From a virus: a stretch of 64,000 nt of DNA. Below, one piece after another: positions 9,763-20,892 of the stretch. Position 1 is the stretch's first letter. Every line of letters starts with the position of its first letter. The notes beneath the pieces are model-generated. The model had not been told where the DNA came from and did not search any database. It saw only the letters and a program-made list of their open reading frames with translations. A program made the translations under genes and the position numbers. The stretch is from IMG/VR virus record IMGVR_UViG_3300032282_005530, positions 18,366-82,365 of that record; one strand, given 5' to 3'.

Positions 9763-12700
9763 TTATTCAATAGTATATTTTTTATATCCATCTAAATCAA
9801 GACATAATTGTTTTAATTGATTTTTTATTTCTTGATTAATTTGTGTATTTTCATCGGCATATACATCATAACCTAATAAAAGTATCTCGGCGCCAAGCAA
9901 TATTAAACCCGGTATTGTAATCGGAGGCCCATATCCAAATCCTGCTGGTGGTATACCAAATATATTTACTGGCAACTGTGCTAAGGAATATGGCAACAAT
10001 GTATTAAATGGGAACATCAATTCTGATGGCGTAGATGAACCTGGAGATGAGTTTCCTTGAGAAGCAAAACTTGTAGCAATTTTTACAGCATTCCTTATCA
10101 GCATAGAAGTACTTATATTTGGATCTGTCAAAGAACAATAATATTGTAAAACATGTACTGCTGCTTTTGCTGCTACTTTAGTTGCTATGGCGGCATTTGC
10201 TTGATCGAAAGCAAAAGTACTTTTCCATACCTCACTTAATTCGTCCCAATCAATTTCGTTATTAAGTGAAATCATTTGTGTATTAATATCATTTAATATT
10301 GCAGTTTTTGTTTCGTCAAATGGCTGTTTTATTTGCATATTACCAAGTGTATAGACACTTGAAAATATTAATATATTTGATAATAAATTATTTATTTTAT
10401 AAATGTTATAAATATTTGTATATTCTGGATCACATAAAAAATCTTGTTTTATTTGTTCTGTCAAAGTTGTTAAAGTTGTCGACAAACTATTATTTTCTCC
10501 AATTTCTAAACAATTTAATAAATCTTGTGATGTCGAAATATTTTCAAATTCATTAATTAATCTAGCCTTTTCTAGAAATGGCAATACAGTTATAATACCC
10601 ATTTTATCTTTTTCAGTTTGTCCTGAAGAATTAATTTTAGATGGAATAAAATATGGAATAGCAAAACTTGAATAAAATTCATTCGCAGTAATATATTCTG
10701 TTGATCCTGGTGCTGTAAGAACTTTAATCCTATAATTATTACTTCCTAACCATACTTTATATTTTTCTCTTGCCGTTAATTCAGCAACTCCTCTTTGGAG
10801 TATCGAACGATTATCGCCAGAAACAGGTTCAGGAATTTCTAAAATACTTTGCGAGTTTGGTTGAGGATCTTTTATAAAAGTTAATCTTACTCCATATTTT
10901 ACTCCTTCATCAAATAATTCATTTAAGATATTTGTAACAGAATTTGTTTGAGATAATAAATTATGAATATATCTAACAAAACCGTACATTTTTTTTATAC
11001 TAACATAACCATAACATTTAAAATTATTTTGATATTCTTTTATTAAATTTAAATTATTAGAATTTATTATTGAAGATGAGATTTTTACAAAAGGAACATA
11101 AATATATCTTTCGGCTATAAAAGAAAATGAATCTGTAAATTTACTATTTTGTTTTTGTAAATATAAATCTATATTATTACGATTATCATCTAAATCAACA
11201 TTTTTTATATCATGTAGGTCAAATAATTTTTTAGTAAATAAATTATTAATTATAAAATTATCCAAGAATTGCTGTTCGTTTATATTTTCTTGACATGATT
11301 CACCAAGTTCTTCTATTACTCTTTGATTTGTTGAAGTTATATAAGAAAGTTTATTAAAAATTATATTAAGTTCATTAAAAGCAAGATTTCTGAGATGTAA
11401 TTTAAAAATTTCTATTTCATTTTTTTCTATTTCATTTTCAAGACATTGTATTGTAAAATCTAGCTTTTCTTCATATTCAGGCGTCATTGGCACATCATTT
11501 TCAATTTTATTTTTATATTTTATAAGAATAAATCTATCTGATGATAAAAGTTTATTAGTATCTTTTAAAAATTTTAATCTTTCAAATAATTCTGGTCTTT
11601 CATTATTATCGATAAATTGTTTAAAGTAGTAATCATGAATATAGCCAACGTGTTGTTTTATTAAAAGCAAATAAGCATTTCTATTGTTTTTTAAACCACT
11701 AGAAAAAGAAATAATTTTATTATATACATGTTCTGAAACATAAGATGCAAACATTAAATCTTGTATTATTTCTTTTTTAAATTTAAAAGTTCTTAAAACA
11801 TTAATACTTCTTAAGCAAAATTCAGAACAAGCAGTTCTCATTAATCCTATTATTAAGCCATCTATTATTGATAATATTAGACTATTATCCGAATCTGATG
11901 CTAGTTGTTGTATACTTTGTACACTTAAAGCATCTCTTTCTCTTTGAGAAGAAATTTGTAAAATTAATTTGGCTAATTCTTCTCTACCATATAAATTTGG
12001 ATCTAAATTCAACTGTTTTTGTTCTTCTGTTGGAACAGGACAAAAATTTATATATTTCATAGCATTATCGATAAATGCTGTATCTTTTAAAAGCGGTGGA
12101 TTAACTGAACCTTCATTATTTAAATTAGGAAAAATAGAAGATAATGTTCTTTTAAATTCACTATCGGGTGGAGGTGCGGGAATTTCTTTTAATAAACTAT
12201 CATTCATTATTTCATCAGTTATAATACCAAAGGAAGCCTTTAAAAATGAAGCATATCCATCTTGTACGTATAAATCGATAGTATTTAATATATTTTCAGT
12301 CTGAGAATCTACCGCTAAAAATATTGAATTTTTTAATATTTGTGAATATTGTGTTTTATAAGTTAAGTAATTACGATTAGAAGTTTGTGAACCGGTTGGT
12401 ACTTCGTATGAAAATACTACAGTATTTGGTCTTTCTAGATTATTTTCATATATTTTGTATATATTTTTTTCATTTGTTTGAACATTTTCTATTTTCCAAC
12501 TTCTATTCAAATTAGATAGAAATGCTTCATATATTTTTTTAGATTCTTCAGAAGTATAAATATATTGACCCTCTACATTGATTGATAAAGCATCTTGTTC
12601 TTGTGAATAGTTAAATTTAATATTATCATCTATATCACCGAATCCTTGTTTAAATATTCCACTTCCCACATATCTATGAGTATTATCAAATATATATCTG

Positions 12701-15700
12701 CCGCCGGCGGGAAATTCATCATCAGATGGATATATTCCACTAGGTGTTTCATTATCCGATTCTGGTGCATTAAATCCACCTTTATTTAATAAATCTTTAA
12801 ATTCTTGATTTTCTATCTTTTGTGTTTCTCCTTCACTATTATTTGTGACATTAAACTCATATACTTTTCTTTGAATTTTTTTCTTTAATACAGTATTATT
12901 GTAAAAATTATTTGTAGAATTTCTAAATTTATTATATGTTGATTTTAAATTGTTTCTTATCAATCTTCTACTAGATTCATCAACAATTTTTATAGATTTA
13001 CCGTCTGGTAATAGGCCTATTAATATTGGTTTATATACTTTATCTTGAATTTCTTTTTGAACTTTATCTGGACTAATTCTAAAAAGACTATCGATAAGAT
13101 CTGCATAATTATTGTTTGAACGATTGTTTAATTGTTCAATTTGTGACGGTGTAATTTGTATTGAAGGTTGCTGTGTGCGATCTGTTTGTGGCTGTTGATT
13201 CTGATTTATTTGCTCTTGTGTATCTAGAGAATTTTGTGAATTATCTCTACGAGGTATACAAAAAATGCCATTTTTTTGCTCTTCAGATGAAACTCTGGAG
13301 GAATATGCTGATGCGGCTGCAATTATTTCTTCTCTAGATTGTGAAATACCGGTAAGAGAACCAAGAGCAGAAAAAATACTTCTAACAGTTGCAGGTGCAG
13401 ATATTGAAGTTAATACCGGATCGTACTCATTCATCGAACGAGATATTAGTACTATATCTTGATCTGGTGCTCTGCCAGCCAAAACATTAAGAAAATTAGA
13501 GGGCTCCATAGAATTAGAAACCAGCTTTAAGAAACTTGTAAATTTTACATATATTTCTTGTTCAGAAATAACTGCTTGGCTATTTTGATCTTGATTATTA
13601 GCAAGTAATTTATTTACTGTTGTATTTTTGGCTTTTATTTCTACACCACCAACAACTGGATAATTCCACGATGCTGTTAGATTTGTTTGTTCTGTTACGA
13701 TTATCGATGATGTTAAATGAGAATTTAAAATATCAGTTATTTGCTCTACATAATTTGTTGGATTAATATCTGGGTTATTTTGTAAAAATCCGTCTAAATC
13801 AAACTGCCCATTTTTAATCTGTGTTATTAAGCTTTGCGATTCGGCGCCCAAAACAGAAGCAGCGATTTCATTCGTAGCTAAATCAAATATAGACTTCCAA
13901 CCATTGCATGTTGTTAATAGGTCAACTATTTTTAAAAATATTGATATGATTAAATCGTAAAATAATTTAATTATTGTAAAATCAATAGATACTTTTATAT
14001 CATTGTATATATCTATTTCTGGCAATGAAGGCCATCTAAATGAGCCAAAAATAAAACTTAAATCAAATATATCAAATAATTTTACTAAATCACATAATAT
14101 ATCTGTATTTATACCATACTCTGTTTCTAGTTTGTCTAACATTCCATCTATTAATTCAGAGTCAAAAAGTCGTTTCTCTTCATCTGTTAATGTTAGTTCT
14201 TGATTCAGTTTTAAATCTCTATATTCTTGTAATTTTGTTTCAAGTTTTACTTCCATAATTCTAGTATATGGATCTTCAGATAAATTACCTAATATTCTAT
14301 CGGCTTCTGTTAAAGCAAATCCAGGCTCAACTCTTAAATCTAATTGTTGAAAAATAATAGTTCTTCTTCTATTTTCAGCAATATTTTGTTCTAATTGTGC
14401 TATTTCTTCCAGTAATATTGCCTCTCTTTGATCTCTGGCCTTCTCTATTTTTACTCTATTAATTGATTGAAGAATAGTAGGATATACGCTTTGAGGAAAT
14501 GCTTTTTTAACTATTTCTTCAAGTTGAGAAAATCTGAAACTTTTTAAAACATCTCTGCAAGATGAAGTTTGTGGAAGAAAACATTTTTGTACTTCTTTTA
14601 AAAGACATGCAATATTTAATCTAGCCGTGACAATGTCTTTAAATCTGTCAATTAAATATTTGTCTGTTATAGATAAAAATTTATCTCCTAACTCTTTTAT
14701 TATAGATGGATCTCCTATAAAAGATAATGTATTTTGAGGAAGATTTGCAAAACCATTTCTTTTTATAATATTTTTAAAAAACTTATTAGCATTTTGATCT
14801 CGCGCTATTTTAGCAGCCGGCGTTTGATCTGCAGATGAATAATAATATCGAGTATGTTTTCTTATCAGTTCTTCTGCTTTTGATAAACTTATTTTATTTT
14901 CACTTAAAGTTTCTTTAAAAAATGCAGATGGACCTTGTAAAATATTTGGTATAAAATATAAATCTGGAAATGTATAATAATCAAATGCACCGGACTCTAC
15001 TTTGATTAACCATTTAGAAACGGCATCTCCTCCAAAAGCAATTTCTTGTCTAAGTAATTTATGTCTTGATTTGGTTACAATATCATTGTCAAGATACTCT
15101 TCATAAGGTATTGATGCTTCTGGATTACTTAAATCGGATGGCGGGCAAAAGGTCCAATCAATTTCTTGTATATTAAAATCAATATAATCAATATCAGATA
15201 ATATAGAAAGTATTGTTGGTTCAAAGAATTCTGTTAGAGGAGCTGAAGGATTTATTGCAAAATCTTCTGGTGATATTATAGCAACGAATTTTTGTTTTCT
15301 TTCTGGTGCTGTGCTTTGAAATGGATCGCTAAATGTTTTGATTCTAGTTGAAGAACCAAATTCAACTTTAAGTGGTGATGTATTCTCAATCTTTTTTTGT
15401 ATTATTACTTGTGGTTCTTCTTTATAAAATGTTAATTTAAAATAAAGTTGTTCTTTTCTTATTCTTTGCGAATCGTATTCTGCATTACTAACAATCTGAT
15501 CTGAGTTTAAATCAAGTATTTGTTGACCAATAAATGTTTGATCATAAAAATTATAACCAACATATTGTGATTTAAATTCATCTAAATTAGCGGTTTTTGC
15601 TAAAGCATTTTCAGCTAATTGTGCAAGTTTTTTTCTTATAATATTATCAATTACTTTTATTCTTGCTTTATTAAGTTTACTTTCCTCCATGTTTCTTTGC

Positions 15701-16500
15701 GCATTTGAACTATCTTCAAACTGGCTCAAAAATGAATGCGTTTCTGGTTCTACTTCTCTTAAAGAATTAAAGAATATTTCGTTTTCTTTAAAAATAAGTG
15801 AAGAATTATTAGCAAAATTATCAAGATTGTTTAAATCATCTATTTCGAATAATTCAGATAATGGCATTTCTAAATTAGAAAATTCATTTATTATTCTAGT
15901 ATAATAAACACTAGGTTTTTCGGTCCAGCCAAATTCAGGTATATATTGAGAAGTAATACTGTTTAGTTTACTTAATAAAAAAGTATATTTATCAGCGTCT
16001 AAAGAAATATTTAAATTTTGATTATAATTCTCAAAATCTATTGGAGATAAAATATCTACTTTTAATTTTATATAAGGTTTAACATTTAAAAATTGTAATA
16101 TTGCATTATCAGGATTTGTATTCGCAGCAGCAAATACATCAAACTCTGAGCCGAAATCATCTATTGGTAATATAGCATCTGGTAATATATCAGTTCCAAC
16201 ATAGCCACTTTCCTGAAGAGATTGTCGAGTACTAACATATCTTGCTGAATACAGTTCATTAACTAATTTAACTAAACTTTCTTTATATTTTTTATTTTGA
16301 AAACTTTCTCTTAAATTTTTATAAGTTACATTTTGATTAACAAATGTCAGTCCTGGTTTTTCTGGATTGACTGGGTTATTATTGTTTAAATCGATTTCGG
16401 AGTTTTGAAGAAATTTTATTAATTTTTCTATCTTTTTATCAATAGTTGATAAATCGATAGTAAAAGAAGTTGGTACAACATTTTTAAGTATTAAAGGCAT
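9763..16500 (-). CDS. 2245-aa protein of unknown function, probably structural
   Basis: Long ORF translationally coupled within baseplate operon; no recognisable motif. Confidence 0.6.
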   Translation of the reverse strand: MPLILKNVVPTSFTIDLSTIDKKIEKLIKFLQNSEIDLNNNNPVNPEKPGLTFVNQNVTYKNLRESFQNKKYKESLVKLVNELYSARYVSTRQSLQESGYVGTDILPDAILPIDDFGSEFDVFAAANTNPDNAILQFLNVKPYIKLKVDILSPIDFENYNQNLNISLDADKYTFLLSKLNSITSQYIPEFGWTEKPSVYYTRIINEFSNLEMPLSELFEIDDLNNLDNFANNSSLIFKENEIFFNSLREVEPETHSFLSQFEDSSNAQRNMEESKLNKARIKVIDNIIRKKLAQLAENALAKTANLDEFKSQYVGYNFYDQTFIGQQILDLNSDQIVSNAEYDSQRIRKEQLYFKLTFYKEEPQVIIQKKIENTSPLKVEFGSSTRIKTFSDPFQSTAPERKQKFVAIISPEDFAINPSAPLTEFFEPTILSILSDIDYIDFNIQEIDWTFCPPSDLSNPEASIPYEEYLDNDIVTKSRHKLLRQEIAFGGDAVSKWLIKVESGAFDYYTFPDLYFIPNILQGPSAFFKETLSENKISLSKAEELIRKHTRYYYSSADQTPAAKIARDQNANKFFKNIIKRNGFANLPQNTLSFIGDPSIIKELGDKFLSITDKYLIDRFKDIVTARLNIACLLKEVQKCFLPQTSSCRDVLKSFRFSQLEEIVKKAFPQSVYPTILQSINRVKIEKARDQREAILLEEIAQLEQNIAENRRRTIIFQQLDLRVEPGFALTEADRILGNLSEDPYTRIMEVKLETKLQEYRDLKLNQELTLTDEEKRLFDSELIDGMLDKLETEYGINTDILCDLVKLFDIFDLSFIFGSFRWPSLPEIDIYNDIKVSIDFTIIKLFYDLIISIFLKIVDLLTTCNGWKSIFDLATNEIAASVLGAESQSLITQIKNGQFDLDGFLQNNPDINPTNYVEQITDILNSHLTSSIIVTEQTNLTASWNYPVVGGVEIKAKNTTVNKLLANNQDQNSQAVISEQEIYVKFTSFLKLVSNSMEPSNFLNVLAGRAPDQDIVLISRSMNEYDPVLTSISAPATVRSIFSALGSLTGISQSREEIIAAASAYSSRVSSEEQKNGIFCIPRRDNSQNSLDTQEQINQNQQPQTDRTQQPSIQITPSQIEQLNNRSNNNYADLIDSLFRISPDKVQKEIQDKVYKPILIGLLPDGKSIKIVDESSRRLIRNNLKSTYNKFRNSTNNFYNNTVLKKKIQRKVYEFNVTNNSEGETQKIENQEFKDLLNKGGFNAPESDNETPSGIYPSDDEFPAGGRYIFDNTHRYVGSGIFKQGFGDIDDNIKFNYSQEQDALSINVEGQYIYTSEESKKIYEAFLSNLNRSWKIENVQTNEKNIYKIYENNLERPNTVVFSYEVPTGSQTSNRNYLTYKTQYSQILKNSIFLAVDSQTENILNTIDLYVQDGYASFLKASFGIITDEIMNDSLLKEIPAPPPDSEFKRTLSSIFPNLNNEGSVNPPLLKDTAFIDNAMKYINFCPVPTEEQKQLNLDPNLYGREELAKLILQISSQRERDALSVQSIQQLASDSDNSLILSIIDGLIIGLMRTACSEFCLRSINVLRTFKFKKEIIQDLMFASYVSEHVYNKIISFSSGLKNNRNAYLLLIKQHVGYIHDYYFKQFIDNNERPELFERLKFLKDTNKLLSSDRFILIKYKNKIENDVPMTPEYEEKLDFTIQCLENEIEKNEIEIFKLHLRNLAFNELNIIFNKLSYITSTNQRVIEELGESCQENINEQQFLDNFIINNLFTKKLFDLHDIKNVDLDDNRNNIDLYLQKQNSKFTDSFSFIAERYIYVPFVKISSSIINSNNLNLIKEYQNNFKCYGYVSIKKMYGFVRYIHNLLSQTNSVTNILNELFDEGVKYGVRLTFIKDPQPNSQSILEIPEPVSGDNRSILQRGVAELTAREKYKVWLGSNNYRIKVLTAPGSTEYITANEFYSSFAIPYFIPSKINSSGQTEKDKMGIITVLPFLEKARLINEFENISTSQDLLNCLEIGENNSLSTTLTTLTEQIKQDFLCDPEYTNIYNIYKINNLLSNILIFSSVYTLGNMQIKQPFDETKTAILNDINTQMISLNNEIDWDELSEVWKSTFAFDQANAAIATKVAAKAAVHVLQYYCSLTDPNISTSMLIRNAVKIATSFASQGNSSPGSSTPSELMFPFNTLLPYSLAQLPVNIFGIPPAGFGYGPPITIPGLILLGAEILLLGYDVYADENTQINQEIKNQLKQLCLDLDGYKKYTIE

Positions 16501-17408
16501 TAGTTTGTCCTATTATAACGACTATTTATATAGTTTAAGCCAGAAGTATTAAGATAATTTCTTCTCATAATATCTATTCTTGGAATGGCTACTTTTGTGC
16601 TTTTTAAAACAGTGTGTTGATGAATAACAGAATTTTGAGATTTTACAGTATTATTTAAATTAATATCTAGTTCTTTTATTAATGATTGTGCAGTAAAATC
16701 TGATAAATGTGTGTGCTCCATTATTGCATCATTAATTTTCATTTGTGCATCAAAAGAACTATATAATTTTTTATATAAACTTTCAATTTCTAATAAAATA
16801 TCTTTTAGTAATAATACTAAATTATCGCCTTTTACCATTGCTTGAGTTGTATTTTCAGCATCACCAGCAATTAAATAAATTCCTCTTATTGGTTTTGGAG
16901 TATGTGATGGATCTTCCTGTCTACCGGTTATTAGTTCTGCTGGTTGTTGATCTACGCCAGTTACAAGCTTTATTGCTCCTCGTGAAAAAAATCTTAATTC
17001 ATCTGCTTTTAAAATTATAGCAGACTGATTTACAGATTGTGAATCATAAAAATATCCTTTTGAACCCCAATATTTATCAGAATTTGTTTTCTCTATTATT
17101 GAAATAACTGCAGAGTCATAATAAAAATTTGGACTCAAATTCGAACAAGAAGTATATGGAACAGGCTGATCTTTGATTGCCGTTCCTAATCCAGCACATA
17201 AAGTTATGGTAGATGAATCAATTTTTTTATCTGCTATGTTGGCTGTAACCGGACCAAGTATTATGTGAGTATTTGCTTCTGAGGTTATGTGGTTTTCTCC
17301 GCTCTGTTTAACATATTTTACAGAGCCAGGAACCCTTACTTCCAATCCTTCAGAGATCGTACTTGCTTTTTTTAGCATTTCTTCATACTGTGCTGTAAAA
17401 GATGACAT
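16500..17408 (-). CDS. Putative baseplate spike / gp5-C-like protein
   Basis: IILKADELRFFSRGAIKL...AMVKGDNL...HTH pattern; context. Confidence 0.5.
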   Translation of the reverse strand: MSSFTAQYEEMLKKASTISEGLEVRVPGSVKYVKQSGENHITSEANTHIILGPVTANIADKKIDSSTITLCAGLGTAIKDQPVPYTSCSNLSPNFYYDSAVISIIEKTNSDKYWGSKGYFYDSQSVNQSAIILKADELRFFSRGAIKLVTGVDQQPAELITGRQEDPSHTPKPIRGIYLIAGDAENTTQAMVKGDNLVLLLKDILLEIESLYKKLYSSFDAQMKINDAIMEHTHLSDFTAQSLIKELDINLNNTVKSQNSVIHQHTVLKSTKVAIPRIDIMRRNYLNTSGLNYINSRYNRTN

Positions 17409-17409
17409 A

Positions 17410-18738
17410 TTATATACTCAATTTAAATGCATTTATTATTTTATAAGTAGCATTGTATAATTTTGAGCCTCGTTTAGAAGGTATAAAAGAAAACAAATTT
17501 TCTCTTCTAAAAATAAATGAACTTCCAAACATAGGATCATTACATATATAATTACCTTCTGGATCTTTTTTATATGCCATTATATAATGATCTCCTATTC
17601 CATCTTGTCCAAGATTAGTTTCACTTCCAATTTTGTAATCAACATGTAAAATGGCTACTGAATTACTATCAATGGTTTCATCGATAAATTTTTTTAAACT
17701 TTCTAAATCAGTAGAGGGGGCGCTTGAAACATATCTTATATTTAAAGAATTAGCAAGTTGCGTGCGATCAATTACAGCGCCAACAGAATTAAATATTTTA
17801 AAATTATAATTTTCTAATTTTTTTTGTGTTTCATATTTTTTAATTATTTCATATGATTCCTTCGGATTTATAGTTTCTCTTTTTAAAAGCCAATTTCTAG
17901 ACATAGTATAACAAGTAACAAGACAACCAATACTGCTGAAGCTTTTACTTGTATCGCCACCAAGTTTTAAGGTTCTCCAACCTTCTTCTGCTTGCCAATA
18001 AGCAGGTGTAGGTGGAGAATTTATGATTGTAACATCACAATTTTCTCTTTTTTCACAATTATCGATATTTTGTTTTGGTTTTGCTATTTCTTCATCTTGT
18101 TTATTAACTATATTTTCTTCTATCTGTGAAACGTTCAATTCAGAAATAAAACTTCTTTCTTCTTCTGTTAATTGAGTAAAAGTATTATTTTCTTTACTTA
18201 TAATTTCATAAAAACCCTTTATTCGCTCTCCGCTTTCTTCTGTTGCATTAAAATAATGTATCTTTACTCTCTCTCCTTCTAAAGGTCTCTTTTGAGAAGG
18301 ATCTAAAGGAGCAAACAAATCATGCTCTGATACTGAATTCATGAATTCGAATTTTAAATTTTCCCTTTCTTGTTTTGTTAATCTTGGAGTTATTTTATCT
18401 AAAATATTTTGTGGATTAGTTTTAGAAGACTTATCAAGTTCTGTTCTAGCATAAACACAGAAGCCCTCTAAATATCCTGGTGATTGTTGTTCACCCATTT
18501 GTTGGTTTAAATGATGTGATAATAATTTATATTTTATTTGAGTAACCGGAGATAATACTACTACTCCAACAAATGTTGATGGAAGAGGTGTTTTATCTTG
18601 CTCTTCAATAGTCTTTTGAAAATTATAAAATCCGCTTCTTGGCTGTTCTACTCTACTATCTGCTTTTCTCTTTCTATACCATGTAGATGTATCATGTGGT
18701 ATACTAAGGCCTTTTTTTCTATAAATATTTTCAGCCAT
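17410..18738 (-). CDS. Baseplate hub-associated protein with C-terminal peptidase C39-like domain
   Basis: SIGCLVTCYTM (Cys), DHYIM (His), CNDP (Asp) papain-like triad. Confidence 0.6.
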   Translation of the reverse strand: MAENIYRKKGLSIPHDTSTWYRKRKADSRVEQPRSGFYNFQKTIEEQDKTPLPSTFVGVVVLSPVTQIKYKLLSHHLNQQMGEQQSPGYLEGFCVYARTELDKSSKTNPQNILDKITPRLTKQERENLKFEFMNSVSEHDLFAPLDPSQKRPLEGERVKIHYFNATEESGERIKGFYEIISKENNTFTQLTEEERSFISELNVSQIEENIVNKQDEEIAKPKQNIDNCEKRENCDVTIINSPPTPAYWQAEEGWRTLKLGGDTSKSFSSIGCLVTCYTMSRNWLLKRETINPKESYEIIKKYETQKKLENYNFKIFNSVGAVIDRTQLANSLNIRYVSSAPSTDLESLKKFIDETIDSNSVAILHVDYKIGSETNLGQDGIGDHYIMAYKKDPEGNYICNDPMFGSSFIFRRENLFSFIPSKRGSKLYNATYKIINAFKLSI

Positions 18739-18743
18739 TTAGA

Positions 18744-19034
18744 TTATTCCTCTATCTCCTCTATTTCATTATAGAGTTTTTCTTTATCTTTATTATCTAA
18801 ATCGCCATATTTATCTTCATCTGACTTTTTCATCAAACCAATTAATTTAACCAATTGTTCATTGGAACGCTGAAGTGTTTCCAGATATTTAGCAGCAACC
18901 ATTCCAGTTGTAGCATACCTATCTTGTTGCTGTCCTATATATTGAGCAACATCTTCAAGTAATTCTTGTGCGGCTTCTCGATCTTTGTTTATATTTTCTA
19001 TTGCTTGTAGGATTAATTCATCTTTAGATTTCAT
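18744..19034 (-). CDS. Hypothetical coiled-coil protein
   Basis: ORF in operon. Confidence 0.6.
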   Translation of the reverse strand: MKSKDELILQAIENINKDREAAQELLEDVAQYIGQQQDRYATTGMVAAKYLETLQRSNEQLVKLIGLMKKSDEDKYGDLDNKDKEKLYNEIEEIEE

Positions 19035-19053
19035 ATTAATAATTATGGTCTAA

Positions 19054-19785
19054 TTAAATTTCTCCATTATCCCAAGTTTTCTTAAAATCTTTATATTTTT
19101 GTCTTATTTTATTGAGATTGTTCACAACTTGTTTTGTGTTTAAGTCAGTAATCTCACGTACATATAAATATATGGCTTTTTTATTAAAAATCTCTATAGA
19201 ATCAGGTTCTTTTAATAATATTATTATAGCATCCAGAACCTTTTTTTCATTTGCCTTTAAATCTAGTTTTTTCCAACCTTCTATCTCTAGCCATAAATGA
19301 TTCCAAAATTCTTCATTTTCTCTTTTTATATCAGTATCGTTATGTATAATTAAATTATCATAATCAACTTCTTTTTGATGCTCTGCATCATCCAGAAATA
19401 ATTCTTTTTTATTTTGACGACTTACTTTTTTAACTTTATGAATAAACCAATTTTTTGTAATAACAGAAAAATAACTAAACGCTTTGGAACCCTTAGACGG
19501 ATCGAATTTGTCTAATATTGTTGTGATCCAAATCTTACATTCTTCTTTTAAATCGTCGATATTTGGAAGATTGTTAAATTTATAGGTAAATACAATTTTA
19601 TTTACCATTTCATTAAAAGCCGGTCCAATAAGACTTCTGTATAAATGTTGTCTTACTTTTGGATCTTTTGTGAGAGAATATTCAATTATAGCATCCTCAT
19701 GATCCTGAGTAAAATACAGTTTTTCCTGTTGTTGAGGCGAATTTTTCTTTCTTCTCCTCGTTGTCTTCGGAGTCGTCTTCGTCAT
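19054..19785 (-). CDS. Phage RNA polymerase sigma factor (T4 gp55-like, late)
   Basis: KFDPSKGSKAFSYFSVITKN sigma region-2 motif; YFTQDHEDAIIEY N-terminus. Confidence 0.7.
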   Translation of the reverse strand: MTKTTPKTTRRRKKNSPQQQEKLYFTQDHEDAIIEYSLTKDPKVRQHLYRSLIGPAFNEMVNKIVFTYKFNNLPNIDDLKEECKIWITTILDKFDPSKGSKAFSYFSVITKNWFIHKVKKVSRQNKKELFLDDAEHQKEVDYDNLIIHNDTDIKRENEEFWNHLWLEIEGWKKLDLKANEKKVLDAIIILLKEPDSIEIFNKKAIYLYVREITDLNTKQVVNNLNKIRQKYKDFKKTWDNGEI

Positions 19786-20086
19786 CTGGTTCCTCTTCGA
19801 TAATTTCTTCTTGGTCTTCCAATAATTCCATGACTTCTTTATATTTTGTCATGTAATTTCTTAAATCTCGTGAATGACGAATAAGATTTTTTAAAGTTTC
19901 ATCGCCATAATACATTTCAAGTTCATAAATGAATTTAATATGTTGATCAAATTCACTTAATCTGCCATATAATTCAACTAGATTATTGGAAACAAAGTTA
20001 AGTCTAAATACCAATTTAAAACAAAACCATCCAAGAAGAGCGGTTGAAACGATAAATAAAATTAATAAGAATATTAGTATAGTCAT
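19697..20086 (-). CDS. Hypothetical membrane-anchored protein with acidic tail
   Basis: N-terminal TM segment; YYGDETL. Confidence 0.55.
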   Translation of the reverse strand: MTILIFLLILFIVSTALLGWFCFKLVFRLNFVSNNLVELYGRLSEFDQHIKFIYELEMYYGDETLKNLIRHSRDLRNYMTKYKEVMELLEDQEEIIEEEPDDEDDSEDNEEKKEKFASTTGKTVFYSGS

Positions 20087-20346
20087 TCAGGTTTATATTC
20101 TGTCTTGGTTAATTCTTTCTTTTCACGTTTTATTTCTTCACGGGCTTCTTCAATATAAGACTCAACTATAGAACCTACTTTTTGGGTAGATTGCTTTTTT
20201 ATTGTACCACTGAAATATGGAAGTTTTAACAAAGTTTGTTCTTTACAAACTTCACATTCATTCTTTTTGTCTGTCATCGCATGATAATATTCAAAAGTAT
20301 TATCACACTTTTCACAATGATATACGTATCTAGGCATATCATTCAC
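20083..20346 (-). CDS. FmdB-family zinc-ribbon protein
   Basis: MPRYVYHCEKC...CEVC. Confidence 0.75.
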   Translation of the reverse strand: MNDMPRYVYHCEKCDNTFEYYHAMTDKKNECEVCKEQTLLKLPYFSGTIKKQSTQKVGSIVESYIEEAREEIKREKKELTKTEYKPE

Positions 20347-20557
20347 TTACAAATTGAGGTACTTCTTCTTCGTCTTCTGGTAATTTTGCTCTCACTGATG
20401 GTGGATTTGAAACAACTAATTCTCCATCTGGTCCAGTAAATAGTTCAAAACCTTTTAACACTGGAACAATGTCAGTCTGAGTTAGTAGGCTATTCTGTAA
20501 AGCCATCATTACTGCTCCGAGAGCTTGATTTGATAATTTTAATTTTTCCATTTTCAT
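20339..20557 (-). CDS. Hypothetical protein
   Basis: Coupled ORF. Confidence 0.55.
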   Translation of the reverse strand: MKMEKLKLSNQALGAVMMALQNSLLTQTDIVPVLKGFELFTGPDGELVVSNPPSVRAKLPEDEEEVPQFVSE

Positions 20558-20892
20558 ACCCTTCCGTAAGAATCTTCGTATCTTACTATATCTTCTTCTG
20601 CAAATGAAGTGCCTGTTTGTACTTCTATTACTACGAGATCATCAGTTCCAACGTTTTCTAATCTGTGTTTTGTAGTTGCTGGAATAAAATATATCATTCC
20701 TGCTTGTGTTGGTGAAATTTCATCATCAAGAGTTATTTCACCATTTCCACTTATAACACACCACAACTCATTTCTATTTTGATGAGATTGTAGACTAAAC
20801 TTTTGTCCTGGCTTTACAACTAGTTTTTTTACTTTACATTTTTCTTCTTCGTGGAGAATTTGAAACGTTCCCCAAGGTCTTGTTTCTGTCAT
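20554..20892 (-). CDS. Cupin, mannose-6-phosphate isomerase type II C-terminal domain
   Basis: RPWG...SLQSH...HRLEN...IEVQTG...EEDIVRYEDSYGR. Confidence 0.9.
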   Translation of the reverse strand: MTETRPWGTFQILHEEEKCKVKKLVVKPGQKFSLQSHQNRNELWCVISGNGEITLDDEISPTQAGMIYFIPATTKHRLENVGTDDLVVIEVQTGTSFAEEDIVRYEDSYGRV

